IMG/VR virus record: IMGVR_UViG_3300027733_000030
Location: 1-64,000 of that record
Reading direction: 5' to 3' (one strand)
Origin: a virus
DNA length: 64,000 nucleotides
Below, one piece after another: positions 27,944 through 37,470 of this stretch. Below the pieces are notes generated by a model. It was not told the origin of the DNA and did not search any database. It saw nothing but the letters and a program-made list of their open reading frames with translations. Both the position numbers and the translations under genes were made by a program. Position 1 is the first letter of the stretch. The number at the start of each line of letters is the position of its first letter.

Positions 27944-28255
27944 TTATTTTTTATTTGGATTACTTTTTGGAGCAACCTTTTTTGTTGGCTTAGTGCCACC
28001 ATGGTTCTTGGATACTTGTCCCTTTGGTCTACCAGGCTTTCTAGCCGGCGCTGCAGTATTTGCTTTGGGAGTGACATCCTTAGGGTTAGCGGGAGTAATC
28101 TTAATGTCTTTAGGAGTTGAATTAGCAGAAGTGGTTGGAGTCATCCAAATAATCGGCTTTTCTTCCTTAGGGGTACCCTTATCATCTAAGTCATGACCAC
28201 CAATTTTGGCAGGTGACTTTTTATTAAATAATTTTTTCATTAATTTCTTTATCAT
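27944..28255 (-). CDS. Lys/Pro-rich histone-H1-like protein with AT-hook-like motif
   Basis: PARKPGRPKG; low complexity. Confidence 0.65.
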   Translation of the reverse strand: MIKKLMKKLFNKKSPAKIGGHDLDDKGTPKEEKPIIWMTPTTSANSTPKDIKITPANPKDVTPKANTAAPARKPGRPKGQVSKNHGGTKPTKKVAPKSNPNKK

Positions 28256-28295
28256 TTTTTATCCTTTTCAATATTTGTTAGCTAACTATTGTTTA

Positions 28296-28616
28296 TTATT
28301 TTCCTTGTTGTGATTCTTTAATTAACTGATATCTTTCGCCTGTTTCTTTTGAAACAATTGAAAAGCCATATGAAGCTGCAGCTTCGATAATTTCAGTTAA
28401 TTTATCTTTATCTTCCAAGGAAACTTCATTCAATGGCAAAGTAATACCTGCATACACGTCGATATTCTCAAAATTGCCAATGTTAATCTTTCTATTTACT
28501 CCACATATAAATACTGGATTAGTTGAAATAGATATTTCTGAACTCAAAATATTCACCACCTGGTCTATGGGAGAGTCTAATGACTGCTCCATTGCTGTTT
28601 TTGATATCTTAGGCAT
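28296..28616 (-). CDS. hypothetical protein
   Basis: 106-aa ORF coupled to the kinase gene. Confidence 0.7.
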   Translation of the reverse strand: MPKISKTAMEQSLDSPIDQVVNILSSEISISTNPVFICGVNRKINIGNFENIDVYAGITLPLNEVSLEDKDKLTEIIEAAASYGFSIVSKETGERYQLIKESQQGK

Positions 28617-29400
28617 ACACGTCCGTAAAGGTTTGAACTAAATTTGTAGTAGCTAATGCTTGTTCCGCTATGTTTAAGTTGTCGGTATTAATTATAGCAG
28701 AGGCTTTTTCTTTTATCAAATCAATTTCTTGTTCTGATCTATGGTTCATTTGCTCAGGTGTCATTTCGTGCCCATCTCGACGCATCATTCTTTCATTTCT
28801 AATCTCATCAGATGCTTCATAGCAAATAATTAATCCATTGGGTTGATCAAGTATTTTCTTAGCTTCATTCTCAAATCTAACATCAGAAATGATAATAGCC
28901 ATCGGCATATCTTGATCCTCAAACTCTGGAGTTCTCATATGGGATCTAAATAATTTATTGGCTTTTAATATTCCCCACTTAGCAAAGCACTCTTCATCGT
29001 ATGCTCTGCACAAATCTCCAGCCTTTTGAAGGAAAGATCTTGGCTTATAGCCCTCAGGCTCTATGGGTAGATTGTAGATATCTTTTACTAATTGGCAAAA
29101 CATATCATAATCAGGGATGGTGCCCAGGGCATTTGAGCCAAAGATATCATACACCACTTGGTGAATAGAAAATAGTTGACGGTCCTTCTGTCTAGAGCCA
29201 AGTGAGTTTTTTTTCACAGACGCTAGTTCATATAAAGGTAGGCTAAAAAATAAGTGATCCCATTTGACATGATTCGAAACAGGACTCACTTCTGCCTTAG
29301 GCACTATCTTTTCTGCAACAGATGTTTTGCCAGTCGCTGCCTTACCTGCTAGGCCAATAACTATCGGATAATCTTTATAAAATTTTTTATCTTTAATCAT
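28609..29400 (-). CDS. deoxynucleoside monophosphate kinase
   Basis: GLAGKAATGKT P-loop, LQKAGD, IISDVRFENE; likely leaderless start at ATG 29400. Confidence 0.8.
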   Translation of the reverse strand: MIKDKKFYKDYPIVIGLAGKAATGKTSVAEKIVPKAEVSPVSNHVKWDHLFFSLPLYELASVKKNSLGSRQKDRQLFSIHQVVYDIFGSNALGTIPDYDMFCQLVKDIYNLPIEPEGYKPRSFLQKAGDLCRAYDEECFAKWGILKANKLFRSHMRTPEFEDQDMPMAIIISDVRFENEAKKILDQPNGLIICYEASDEIRNERMMRRDGHEMTPEQMNHRSEQEIDLIKEKASAIINTDNLNIAEQALATTNLVQTFTDVYA

Positions 29401-29406
29401 ATCCAT

Positions 29407-29415
29407 ATTATACCA
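29407..29415 (-). promoter_or_regulatory. extended -10 promoter TGGTATAAT
   Basis: 6 nt upstream of ATG 29400, geometry of a leaderless mRNA. Confidence 0.55.
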
Positions 29416-29416
29416 T

Positions 29417-29851
29417 TCATATCCTATTCATTTTCTCTTTTCTTACTTCTAATTCATCTAAAAATTTATTTGCCAAGGCGTCTGGTTCCCAAACAAATGT
29501 TCTTTTAACTTGAATGACCCGAAAATTAAATTCATCTCTGATTTCTTCAATAGTCATTAGCAATGGCATTAGAGCTGCGCTCTTGCACTTCCATTTACCA
29601 TTGACCTGGTTAGCTACAACAGCCGAGTCTGTGTATAAAATTGGGTCTATAAGATCAGCCATAGAGCATATTAAGAGGCCAGCTATCACGGCCTCATATT
29701 CTGCCTCATTGTTAGTTCTAGGACCTAATCCTCTAGCAAACTGTGCTATCTTTTTTCTATTGCGATAAACAACAACAGAGCATGCAGCTTCTCCGATCTT
29801 TTTTTGACCTTGTCCCCTAGATGCTCCGTCGCAAAATACTTCTATGTTCAT
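29417..29851 (-). CDS. rnhA: ribonuclease HI
   Basis: FCDGASRG, TNNEAEYEA, TDSAVVANQVNGKWK, DALAN. Confidence 0.9.
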   Translation of the reverse strand: MNIEVFCDGASRGQGQKKIGEAACSVVVYRNRKKIAQFARGLGPRTNNEAEYEAVIAGLLICSMADLIDPILYTDSAVVANQVNGKWKCKSAALMPLLMTIEEIRDEFNFRVIQVKRTFVWEPDALANKFLDELEVRKEKMNRI

Positions 29852-29888
29852 AAATAAAAAGCCAATCTTAAAAATTTAAACACTGCCT

Positions 29889-30095
29889 TCAGTCAACCTT
29901 TACATCATAATCTATACTAAAGCGTTTAGCTACATCTATTAGATTCTTTTTAAGGCTTGATGATATTTGAATTGTTTTTGTCAATAGATATTTATTACTT
30001 TTATATTCGACTTGTGTTGGAAAATTAAGATCTTCTTTTTCTGTAGAATAAAATTCTTCAGATGTATTAACACTTTTGTAATGACCAATAAACAT
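29889..30095 (-). CDS. hypothetical protein
   Basis: 68-aa ORF with AAGGA RBS. Confidence 0.65.
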   Translation of the reverse strand: MFIGHYKSVNTSEEFYSTEKEDLNFPTQVEYKSNKYLLTKTIQISSSLKKNLIDVAKRFSIDYDVKVD

Positions 30096-30107
30096 ATTCT
30101 TTATCCT

Positions 30108-30623
30108 TTAGTAGGTACTAAAATCCGATTCCAGGTAGGAACCTTTTTCTTCTCTAAACGCAGCTACTTGCATGGACTGCATTTTGTCCATCAGCTTTCT
30201 AGCTGATTCTGATGCTATTCTAGCTGACGTTTCCATCGATTCAGCTAGGCTCATAATTGCCTCACAGGTAATCATTTCGGTATGTTGTGATTCAGCTGCT
30301 GCCATGGCTGAAGCTTCTCTTTCAGCTTCATTTTTTCCGGCTCTATTTGATTTATAAACTCTCTTATAATTACCTTCTATAATCTTATATTGTGCTCTAG
30401 ACATTCCGGCAAAGCGCGCTGCTCTACCATAAACATTAGATGTGCGGGCAACAAGTGACGCAATCGTATCTATTCCTAGATCTATAATATCAACCTCTGG
30501 AATTTCTACAAAATATTTACTATTTTTTTCTACGTCAGCATATGCTTCGATAACCTCTTTTAATTGAGGTCCAAGAAAATTCTGCAATAGTTCTTGCAAT
30601 TTTTCCATTGATTGTAAGTTCAT
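30108..30623 (-). CDS. helical hypothetical protein
   Basis: 171 aa, Ala/Glu-rich coiled-coil pattern. Confidence 0.65.
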   Translation of the reverse strand: MNLQSMEKLQELLQNFLGPQLKEVIEAYADVEKNSKYFVEIPEVDIIDLGIDTIASLVARTSNVYGRAARFAGMSRAQYKIIEGNYKRVYKSNRAGKNEAEREASAMAAAESQHTEMITCEAIMSLAESMETSARIASESARKLMDKMQSMQVAAFREEKGSYLESDFSTY

Positions 30624-31483
30624 TAATTTTTCTCCATATTAATTAGCATTGCGTATTCATTGAGATCATTTTCTAAGATTAAATCTTTTACTTTATTTTT
30701 AATTTTAGATAAGTGCTCTCTAACTGTATTCGGATGTTCATTAACTTTCTGAGATATTTCGCTGGACCTTTGCCCATCTACGTACCTCCATTTTAGAAGC
30801 TGTCTTTCTTGCACTGTTAGTCTATCAAATGGTGGAATGTTTTTCTCGCCCAAAACCCAAAATTCATCAATTTTATCTGCAGCTAATAATTGTTCCATAC
30901 TATACTCTACCGGATCTGCCTTAAAACCAATGACATAATTTTCATCACCTTCATCATTGGTGGCATCGTCGTCCAGCAATGGGAAAGTTTTTCTGCCTAA
31001 TTGATCAATGAGGAATGTATCTACATTCTTTTTTAAAAGATAAAAGAAATAACTATATAAAAAACCGCTAAAAGGAATTGGACCCTTAGCTGAATCCTTC
31101 CTTTCGTATCTGCCTATGCATTGGAAGAAAGTCATGTATACAGTCTGCCTAATGTCTTCTTCATCCCCATATCTTTTCGCCATATAATGAATACCTCTCA
31201 TGCATTCATTTATTACTCGCATATTGGATCCACTCATTTTATTTTTCATCAGAGCAAAGCGTGTTCCTGAATCCTTGATGAACAAAGAAATAAACCTTCG
31301 TATGTCATAGTCGTTCAAATTGAACTTTCCATAATATAATAGTGAAATATATTTAGTTAAAAAATTACTGAATACCTTTAATAATTCTTCTTGTGCTTTT
31401 GCTGAACCCTTTTTGGCCTTAGCGATTAGGTCTTGCATTTCATTCTCTTCTAAAGAGTAATATTGCTCCTTGTAAGCTGTCAT
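30623..31483 (-). CDS. phage RNA polymerase sigma factor (sigma70 family)
   Basis: region-2-like EDIRQTVYMTFFQCIGRYE and FSGFLYSY; region-4 HTH LTVQERQLLKWRYVDGQRSSEIS. Confidence 0.8.
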   Translation of the reverse strand: MTAYKEQYYSLEENEMQDLIAKAKKGSAKAQEELLKVFSNFLTKYISLLYYGKFNLNDYDIRRFISLFIKDSGTRFALMKNKMSGSNMRVINECMRGIHYMAKRYGDEEDIRQTVYMTFFQCIGRYERKDSAKGPIPFSGFLYSYFFYLLKKNVDTFLIDQLGRKTFPLLDDDATNDEGDENYVIGFKADPVEYSMEQLLAADKIDEFWVLGEKNIPPFDRLTVQERQLLKWRYVDGQRSSEISQKVNEHPNTVREHLSKIKNKVKDLILENDLNEYAMLINMEKN

Positions 31484-32046
31484 TTTTTACCTTCCCAGTT
31501 AACTATGTACTGACTATAAAAAACCTTTATGTCTTCGTAGAAGACAATTTGAGGAACTTCTATCTCAGCCATAAAATTCTTTGCGTCGTTTGAGTACTTA
31601 CTTATGACGCATGTCATTTTTTCGAATTCATCAGGATAATACCTTTTAAATCTTTTTAATTTAATTTTACTTTTATCATCTAGATAGCCCTTAATCTCTA
31701 CCCATTCACCATTTCGTTCTAGAAAAAAGTCAGGAGTATAACCCTTTGTTCCTCTTTTTATTGGGAAAGAAAAAACAGTAGGTTCAAATTTAAATTCTAT
31801 TTTATAAATATTTAGGATTCTAACAAAGTTAGCTTCCCAGCTGGATCTAACATTGAGTTCTATATCTTTCCTGAATCCAGTTTTAGTGTATTGGTACGCA
31901 TTGCCCTTTTTCCTTGCAAAGACCCCATCATCCTCTAGGATTACTTTATCGATCTGCTTGTTTCTGATGTTATTCAAATTAGGTTGTTTTTTAAAAGAAG
32001 ATTTTTCCAAAAAAAAGTCTTCTGCCTTGACAACATGTAGTTCCAT
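31480..32046 (-). CDS. PD-(D/E)XK endonuclease
   Basis: RSSWEANF, YTPDFFL, VEIKG; start revised to ATG 32046 (AAGGA RBS). Confidence 0.8.
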   Translation of the reverse strand: MELHVVKAEDFFLEKSSFKKQPNLNNIRNKQIDKVILEDDGVFARKKGNAYQYTKTGFRKDIELNVRSSWEANFVRILNIYKIEFKFEPTVFSFPIKRGTKGYTPDFFLERNGEWVEIKGYLDDKSKIKLKRFKRYYPDEFEKMTCVISKYSNDAKNFMAEIEVPQIVFYEDIKVFYSQYIVNWEGKK

Positions 32047-32079
32047 TGTGATATCCTTAATGCCTGTAAGCGTGTATAT

Positions 32080-32143
32080 ATTATACACTAAAAAATAAAA
32101 ATATGCAAAACAACTTGCATTACCACTAAGAAGGAAGTATACT
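32080..32143. promoter_or_regulatory. back-to-back divergent sigma70 promoters
   Basis: minus: TTGCAT(32108-32103)-N17-TATAAT(32085-32080); plus: TTGCAT(32115-32120)-N17-TATACT(32138-32143). Confidence 0.75.
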
Positions 32144-32150
32144 AATCACC

Positions 32151-32315
32151 ATGAACACATTAACACACATCATCAACACAGCAATTGAAACCATTGACAA
32201 CGAAATTATCGAGGACTTGGTTGTAGACCTTGGTTATGACTACGGCGATGCCGTCAAGGTAGTCACAGAGTTCAATGATTTCGATTTTGCTATCGATTCA
32301 GATTCAACTTTCTGA
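32151..32315 (+). CDS. 54-aa highly acidic protein, leaderless (not in ORF track)
   Basis: MNTLTHIINTAIETIDNEIIEDLVVDLGYDYGDAVKVVTEFNDFDFAIDSDSTF; 13 D/E, 1 K; own promoter and terminator. Confidence 0.8.
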   Translation: MNTLTHIINTAIETIDNEIIEDLVVDLGYDYGDAVKVVTEFNDFDFAIDSDSTF

Positions 32316-32345
32316 TTCTTTTTTTTAAAAACTACGTATAGAATT

Positions 32346-32369
32346 GGGGCTGGGAAACCAGCCCCTTTT
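32346..32369 (+). terminator. rho-independent terminator between convergent genes
   Basis: GGGGCTGG-GAAA-CCAGCCCC-TTTT. Confidence 0.85.
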
Positions 32370-33173
32370 CTATTTTCCATAACTATTCTTTTTATTTCTA
32401 AAAACACCTGTTGGACACGCACCTGATTTAGCGTGATCGCAATAAGAGCATACTCTGGTATTAGCGGTGGGTGTAAAATTCTGATCAACCATTATTTTTT
32501 GAATAGTATCAATCAGTTTATTCTTAACTTCTTCAATATCTTCTTCGGTAAAAAGATGACCTTTTCTTTTTCCAGATCTTAAATAATACAACTCCGCATA
32601 GATTTCTTTTTCTGGAAATATATTATGAAGTGCAAGAGCGTATATACCGAGCTGTAGATTAGAGTGCACGTGTTTCTGTGCAACTTCCCATTTACCCGTT
32701 TTATAGTCTGTTATGTTAACTCTATCTCCAATAATGTCAACTCTATCTATAAAGCCAATTATCTTGTATGACCCTATAATAAAAGAAAAAGACATTTCCT
32801 TATCGTATATGGAGAATTCTTTATCTACATTTTGATCATAAAATTCATTCAATATAATTGATCCAACGGAAATAAGATCTGGAGTTATTTCTTGATTTGG
32901 ATCCCAAATAGGAATATTATTTTTGTATTCTTCCTGAAGTTCATTTAAGTCTAAGACTTTATTATTCTCTAAAGTATTTTCAAGAACAGCGTGGACGATA
33001 TTTCCTAGAGCAGCTGGCGCATTGAACTGTCTTGGTTCTTTCTTAATATAAGAGTAGAAGTATCTTGCCGGACATTGATCGTATGTATCTATTCTAGAGT
33101 ATGAAAAATCTACTAAACTTAATTTTTCTAAATCACTTAAGCTATCATAATTTTTAATTAATATAGAACTCAA
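32370..33173 (-). CDS. RecB/Cas4-like PD-(D/E)XK exonuclease
   Basis: SYSRI..YDQCP, GNIVH, GFIDRVD, DYKTG, QLGIY, CSYC...C. Confidence 0.88.
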   Translation of the reverse strand: MSSILIKNYDSLSDLEKLSLVDFSYSRIDTYDQCPARYFYSYIKKEPRQFNAPAALGNIVHAVLENTLENNKVLDLNELQEEYKNNIPIWDPNQEITPDLISVGSIILNEFYDQNVDKEFSIYDKEMSFSFIIGSYKIIGFIDRVDIIGDRVNITDYKTGKWEVAQKHVHSNLQLGIYALALHNIFPEKEIYAELYYLRSGKRKGHLFTEEDIEEVKNKLIDTIQKIMVDQNFTPTANTRVCSYCDHAKSGACPTGVFRNKKNSYGK

Positions 33174-33181
33174 AAATATTC

Positions 33182-33349
33182 CTACTGTTCTTCGTTGGGA
33201 TCGTATATTAATCGACCATTTTCATCGAATTCTCTTCCGATTTCATCTATAGTGTGATTATTAAGTTTATTTATATAAGCGCCCTGGCCGATTGCTACCC
33301 AACCAGTTTCACCTATTTCCATATGATCGTCTTCTTCATAGGGCCACAT
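33182..33349 (-). CDS. 55-aa acidic hypothetical protein (not in ORF track)
   Basis: MWPYEEDDHMEIGETGLVAIGQGAYINKLNNHTIDEIGREFDENGRLIYDPNEEQ; GGAGG RBS. Confidence 0.65.
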   Translation of the reverse strand: MWPYEEDDHMEIGETGWVAIGQGAYINKLNNHTIDEIGREFDENGRLIYDPNEEQ

Positions 33350-33566
33350 CTTCGCCTCCTATAGATACTTTAACTTCAGTAATATCATCTGCATTCAGAT
33401 AATAACTCACAACTGTGTATAGGTCTTTTAGTTCTTTTTGCGTTAGATAGAATCCAACACAGGTGCACTGTAAGAATAATTTGTCATCATAATTGTAAGT
33501 TGAATCAGTGTATTCTGTTAATTTAATATTACCTTTTTCAACAACTGCTGGAAAGCTTTGGCTCAT
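33336..33566 (-). CDS. hypothetical protein
   Basis: start at MSQSF, 3 nt after the upstream stop. Confidence 0.65.
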   Translation of the reverse strand: MSQSFPAVVEKGNIKLTEYTDSTYNYDDKLFLQCTCVGFYLTQKELKDLYTVVSYYLNADDITEVKVSIGGEDVAL

Positions 33567-33568
33567 TT

Positions 33569-33934
33569 TTAATCCTCGTAATAAGTTATGGGATCCCAAT
33601 TAGGATCATTTAATTTTTCTCTCATATCTTTAACATATGAGTCCCAATCGCGTTCATCATCTGATTTCTTTTCATACTTGACTTGACTCTTAAATGGATT
33701 GGATTTAAACTTAGTCATAATAAGTTTACCCTGCTGGGTTTTCCATCTCAGAGTTCCATTCTTGCAATCGCAGAAATCTTCACTGTCTGCTTTAATAATA
33801 AGTTCTGGATCGTATCGACCTGAGCACCCGTTACATTTTGTATATCTTCCTTTATCCTGACACCTATTGCATGATGGGCAAAACACCCAGCACCATCTAT
33901 CTGTAGGATTAACTGAAGGTCTATCTGCTGACAT
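33569..33934 (-). CDS. Cys-rich Zn-binding protein
   Basis: CPSCNRC, CNGC, CDC. Confidence 0.7.
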   Translation of the reverse strand: MSADRPSVNPTDRWCWVFCPSCNRCQDKGRYTKCNGCSGRYDPELIIKADSEDFCDCKNGTLRWKTQQGKLIMTKFKSNPFKSQVKYEKKSDDERDWDSYVKDMREKLNDPNWDPITYYED

Positions 33935-36900
33935 TTATTGCTCCAATTCAATTAATTGTCTAATCGCATCTTCCACTTTAGGGGATGCCTCTATCTTATA
34001 TTTGTAAATAAATTTATGTTTACCATCCAATATCTGTAAGAATACAGGACGATCACCTCGTGACGAATCAATTATATCATAAATCTTATCTATAGTCGAA
34101 GTAGATATATTCTTTTTTACATTAAAAATTATTGCCTTACCTGTGGCAAATAAGTGCGCATCTACCTTTTCACATGATGAGAAGAACAACTTACATGTGG
34201 AATTTTCTTCGTCACCCTCTTTATTTAAAGTTCCAGATATAATTACTACATCACCTTTATTGAAGTAATCATCCGCTATATTTTTTGCATTGTTTGGAAA
34301 AATAATTACTTCAACATCTGAAGAAATATCTTCTATTGATATCTTAAACATCTTCTGACCTTTTTTGGTCATTATCTTTTTGGAGGCTGTAATTATTCCC
34401 CCGACTTTTATATTTGATCCGACTTGATACTCAGATAATTCAATTATTTCGCAATCAACTTTCTTAGAAAGTATGTCCCATATTCCCATAATAGGATGAC
34501 TAGTTACATATATTCCAAGTTCTTCTTTTTCTTTTTCTAGCATTTCTATTTCTTGCAGTCTAGGATATTCCCCTAAATCTATATTCACCAATTCATCAAA
34601 TGCCCCAGCAGCTGCTAAATGTTCCAGCGTACTCTTCTTCAAAATTACAGGATCACATCTTCTGAGGAAGTCTACAATGCTCGTATATGGCTCCTCAGTG
34701 TTTCTGCAGTTGACTATTGCATCAGCTATCGATTGGCCAATTCCACTGACCGCAGACAGCCCAAATACGATTGACGTATCTCCTACTACTTCAAAGTCAA
34801 TCCCAGATTTATTGATTGACGGTGGGGAGACTTCTATATTTAATTTTCTACAGTCCGATAAATAGAATGCTTGCTTTTCTTTATTGCCAACTACTGATGA
34901 CATAAGTCCTGCCATATATTCTGTTGGATGATTTGACTTAAGATAAGCCGTGACATAACTAATCATGGCGTAACTTGCGGCGTGTGCTCTGTTAAATCCA
35001 TATCCGCCAAAGTATTCAATATCTGAGAAAATCTTATTAGCTAAAGTTTCTGACATATCAGATGTTCGAACACATCCTTCGACAAACATAGATCGCATCT
35101 TGGCAATTTTATCCATTAATTTTTTACCAATAACTTTTCTTAAATCATCAGCCTCTGCGGAAGTAAATCCTGCCAATTCTCTAGCAACTCCTAAAACATC
35201 TTCTTGATACAGCATGATTCCTAGAGACGGTGCTAGCACCTTAGCTAACTTAGGATGCTCATATTTAATTTGGCTACGACCATGTTTACGGTCAATATAT
35301 TCTTTATCCATTCCAGAACCCATTGGACCTGGTCTATATAATGAGATTAATGCCATAATGTCTTCTACGTTACGTGGTTGAAGCTGCATCATCAATTGTC
35401 TCATGCCCGATGATTCAAGTTGAAAGACTCCGGCGCAGTTACCCTTACATAATTCATCATAAGTTTTTGCGTCGTCAAGCGGAATTTTATCAACATCAAT
35501 AAGTTCGCCTTTACGCTTATGGACCAACTTGATGCAAGAGTCAATAACTCCAAGGTTTCTTAGGCCAAGAAAGTCAATCTTTAAAAGGCCACACTGCTCG
35601 ACTCTGCCCATATCCCATTGCGTAATGATTGGATTATCTACGCCCTTGCGCATGATAGGCAGGTATTCGGTTAGTGCATCCCTAGATATAACTATACCAG
35701 CAGCGTGTATGCCAGTTTGTCTTACTAGACCTTCCAGTCCAAATGCCGTATCTACAATAGTTTTGGCATCTGAGTCTTTCTCATACAGCTGTTTGAATTC
35801 TTCAACTTCCATGCACTCCGAAAGATTTTTCGAGATGCCCAATACTGGCGGAGGAACGAGTTTTGCCACTACGTCTCCACCGGCAAAATCGTAACCTAGA
35901 GCTCTGGCTGCATCTCGGATAGATTGTCTGGCGCCTGTCTTGTTGAACGTGCAAATGTGTGCAACGTGGTCAGACCCATATTTTGCTCTGGCATAGTTGA
36001 TTACTTCGTCACGATATCTATCATCAAAGTCAAGGTCGATGTCAGGCATTGATTTTCTGCCCTCAACAAGGAATCGTTCAAACATTAATCCAAATTTGAT
36101 TGGATCTAGATTTGTAATTTTAAATGCGTAGGAAAGGATACTTCCTGCTGCAGAACCGCGTCCCCAGCCAACTCTAACATTATTATTCTTGGCCCAATTT
36201 ACTAGATCTGATACAACTAAGAAATATTCAGTAAATCCCATTTCTTTTACAACACGTATTTCGTGATTAGCTCTATCTATGATATGAGAAGGTAGAGGAT
36301 CACCATATCTTTCCTTTAGGCCGCTCCAAGCTAATCTATCAAAGTAGTCCATAGGTGCTTCGAGAGTTGGAATAGGAAAGTCAGGGAAGTGAATATCACC
36401 AAAAGAAAGATTTAAATCAATCATGTCACAAACGTCCATACTATTCTTCAACCAGTCTGGATTAAACTTAGATGACATTTCATCATATGATTGAAGATAA
36501 AATTCTTCTCCAGTAAATGAGAATCTATTTGGGGTATGTATATTTGCATTAGTTGCCACGCATAACATGATGTCATGAGATCTAGCGTCGTGCTTATGTA
36601 CATAATGGCAATCCCCACTTGGGACGACCTTTGCACCAATAGTTTCTGCTATCTGCACTAATTGATTAAAGACTTTCTTTTGTTCCCCAAGACCATGATC
36701 TTGAACTTCAATAAAATAGTTTTCCTTACCAACAATATCTTGCATTTTCTTTGCAGATGAAAGAGCAAATTGATAATCATCTCTTAGCAATGCCTGGCAT
36801 ACTTCACTATTTAAACAGCCTGAAAGAACAATAATTCCTTCAGAGTGTTCTGCTATTAAATCATGATCAATACGTGGCTTAACGTAATATCCTTCTAGGA

Positions 36901-37258
36901 AAGATCTAGAAGATATTTTAATAATATTATTATAGCCAACTTTATTTTTAGCTAAAATAGTTATATGGTAAGGACCTCTTTGCTCCCATTCATTTTGTGA
37001 TGGTCCAGATCTTTCTTCAGGATCTCTATCAAATCTAGTTTTTCTAGCTTGATAAAATTCAGAACCAAGAATTGGCTTAACCCCAATAGAAGTTCCAGCG
37101 TCATAGAAGTCCAACCATGAATGTATGTTTCCATGGTCAGTAGTAGCTAAGCCTTTCATTCCTAAGGACTTAGCTCTAGTCAAGTACTGTTCTATGTCGC
37201 CATGACCGTCTAACATTGAAAAGACTGTATGGTTATGGAGGTTAGTCCAATTCTTCAT
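33935..37258 (-). CDS. dnaE: DNA polymerase III alpha subunit
   Basis: PHP domain (LHNH, TDHGN, SGC, DCHY), GRGSAAGS, PDIDLDF, KIDFLGL, FNRAHA, OB fold. Confidence 0.97.
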   Translation of the reverse strand: MKNWTNLHNHTVFSMLDGHGDIEQYLTRAKSLGMKGLATTDHGNIHSWLDFYDAGTSIGVKPILGSEFYQARKTRFDRDPEERSGPSQNEWEQRGPYHITILAKNKVGYNNIIKISSRSFLEGYYVKPRIDHDLIAEHSEGIIVLSGCLNSEVCQALLRDDYQFALSSAKKMQDIVGKENYFIEVQDHGLGEQKKVFNQLVQIAETIGAKVVPSGDCHYVHKHDARSHDIMLCVATNANIHTPNRFSFTGEEFYLQSYDEMSSKFNPDWLKNSMDVCDMIDLNLSFGDIHFPDFPIPTLEAPMDYFDRLAWSGLKERYGDPLPSHIIDRANHEIRVVKEMGFTEYFLVVSDLVNWAKNNNVRVGWGRGSAAGSILSYAFKITNLDPIKFGLMFERFLVEGRKSMPDIDLDFDDRYRDEVINYARAKYGSDHVAHICTFNKTGARQSIRDAARALGYDFAGGDVVAKLVPPPVLGISKNLSECMEVEEFKQLYEKDSDAKTIVDTAFGLEGLVRQTGIHAAGIVISRDALTEYLPIMRKGVDNPIITQWDMGRVEQCGLLKIDFLGLRNLGVIDSCIKLVHKRKGELIDVDKIPLDDAKTYDELCKGNCAGVFQLESSGMRQLMMQLQPRNVEDIMALISLYRPGPMGSGMDKEYIDRKHGRSQIKYEHPKLAKVLAPSLGIMLYQEDVLGVARELAGFTSAEADDLRKVIGKKLMDKIAKMRSMFVEGCVRTSDMSETLANKIFSDIEYFGGYGFNRAHAASYAMISYVTAYLKSNHPTEYMAGLMSSVVGNKEKQAFYLSDCRKLNIEVSPPSINKSGIDFEVVGDTSIVFGLSAVSGIGQSIADAIVNCRNTEEPYTSIVDFLRRCDPVILKKSTLEHLAAAGAFDELVNIDLGEYPRLQEIEMLEKEKEELGIYVTSHPIMGIWDILSKKVDCEIIELSEYQVGSNIKVGGIITASKKIMTKKGQKMFKISIEDISSDVEVIIFPNNAKNIADDYFNKGDVVIISGTLNKEGDEENSTCKLFFSSCEKVDAHLFATGKAIIFNVKKNISTSTIDKIYDIIDSSRGDRPVFLQILDGKHKFIYKYKIEASPKVEDAIRQLIELEQ

Positions 37259-37470
37259 TAAATTCCTCTACTCTTGTCCGAACCTTCTAAAGAGCTATCT
37301 CTTACTTCTCTATATGTAATAATTACCACTCCACCGCAATACTTGCACGGCACTGGCTTACCTTCTTGAGCAAACGGGCTATTATACATATATCTATCTG
37401 GCTGATCTGATTTACATTCAGAGCAGACGCCAATGACATCATCTGTATCTTCTATCTCAGGCATGTTCAC
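37258..37470 (-). CDS. small Zn-ribbon protein
   Basis: CSEC...CKYC. Confidence 0.7.
   Translation of the reverse strand: MNMPEIEDTDDVIGVCSECKSDQPDRYMYNSPFAQEGKPVPCKYCGGVVIITYREVRDSSLEGSDKSRGI

Noticed and set aside
32370-33173. Cas4-like nuclease as evidence of a CRISPR system
   Set aside because: No repeat-spacer array or other cas genes; solo RecB/Cas4-like nucleases are common in phages
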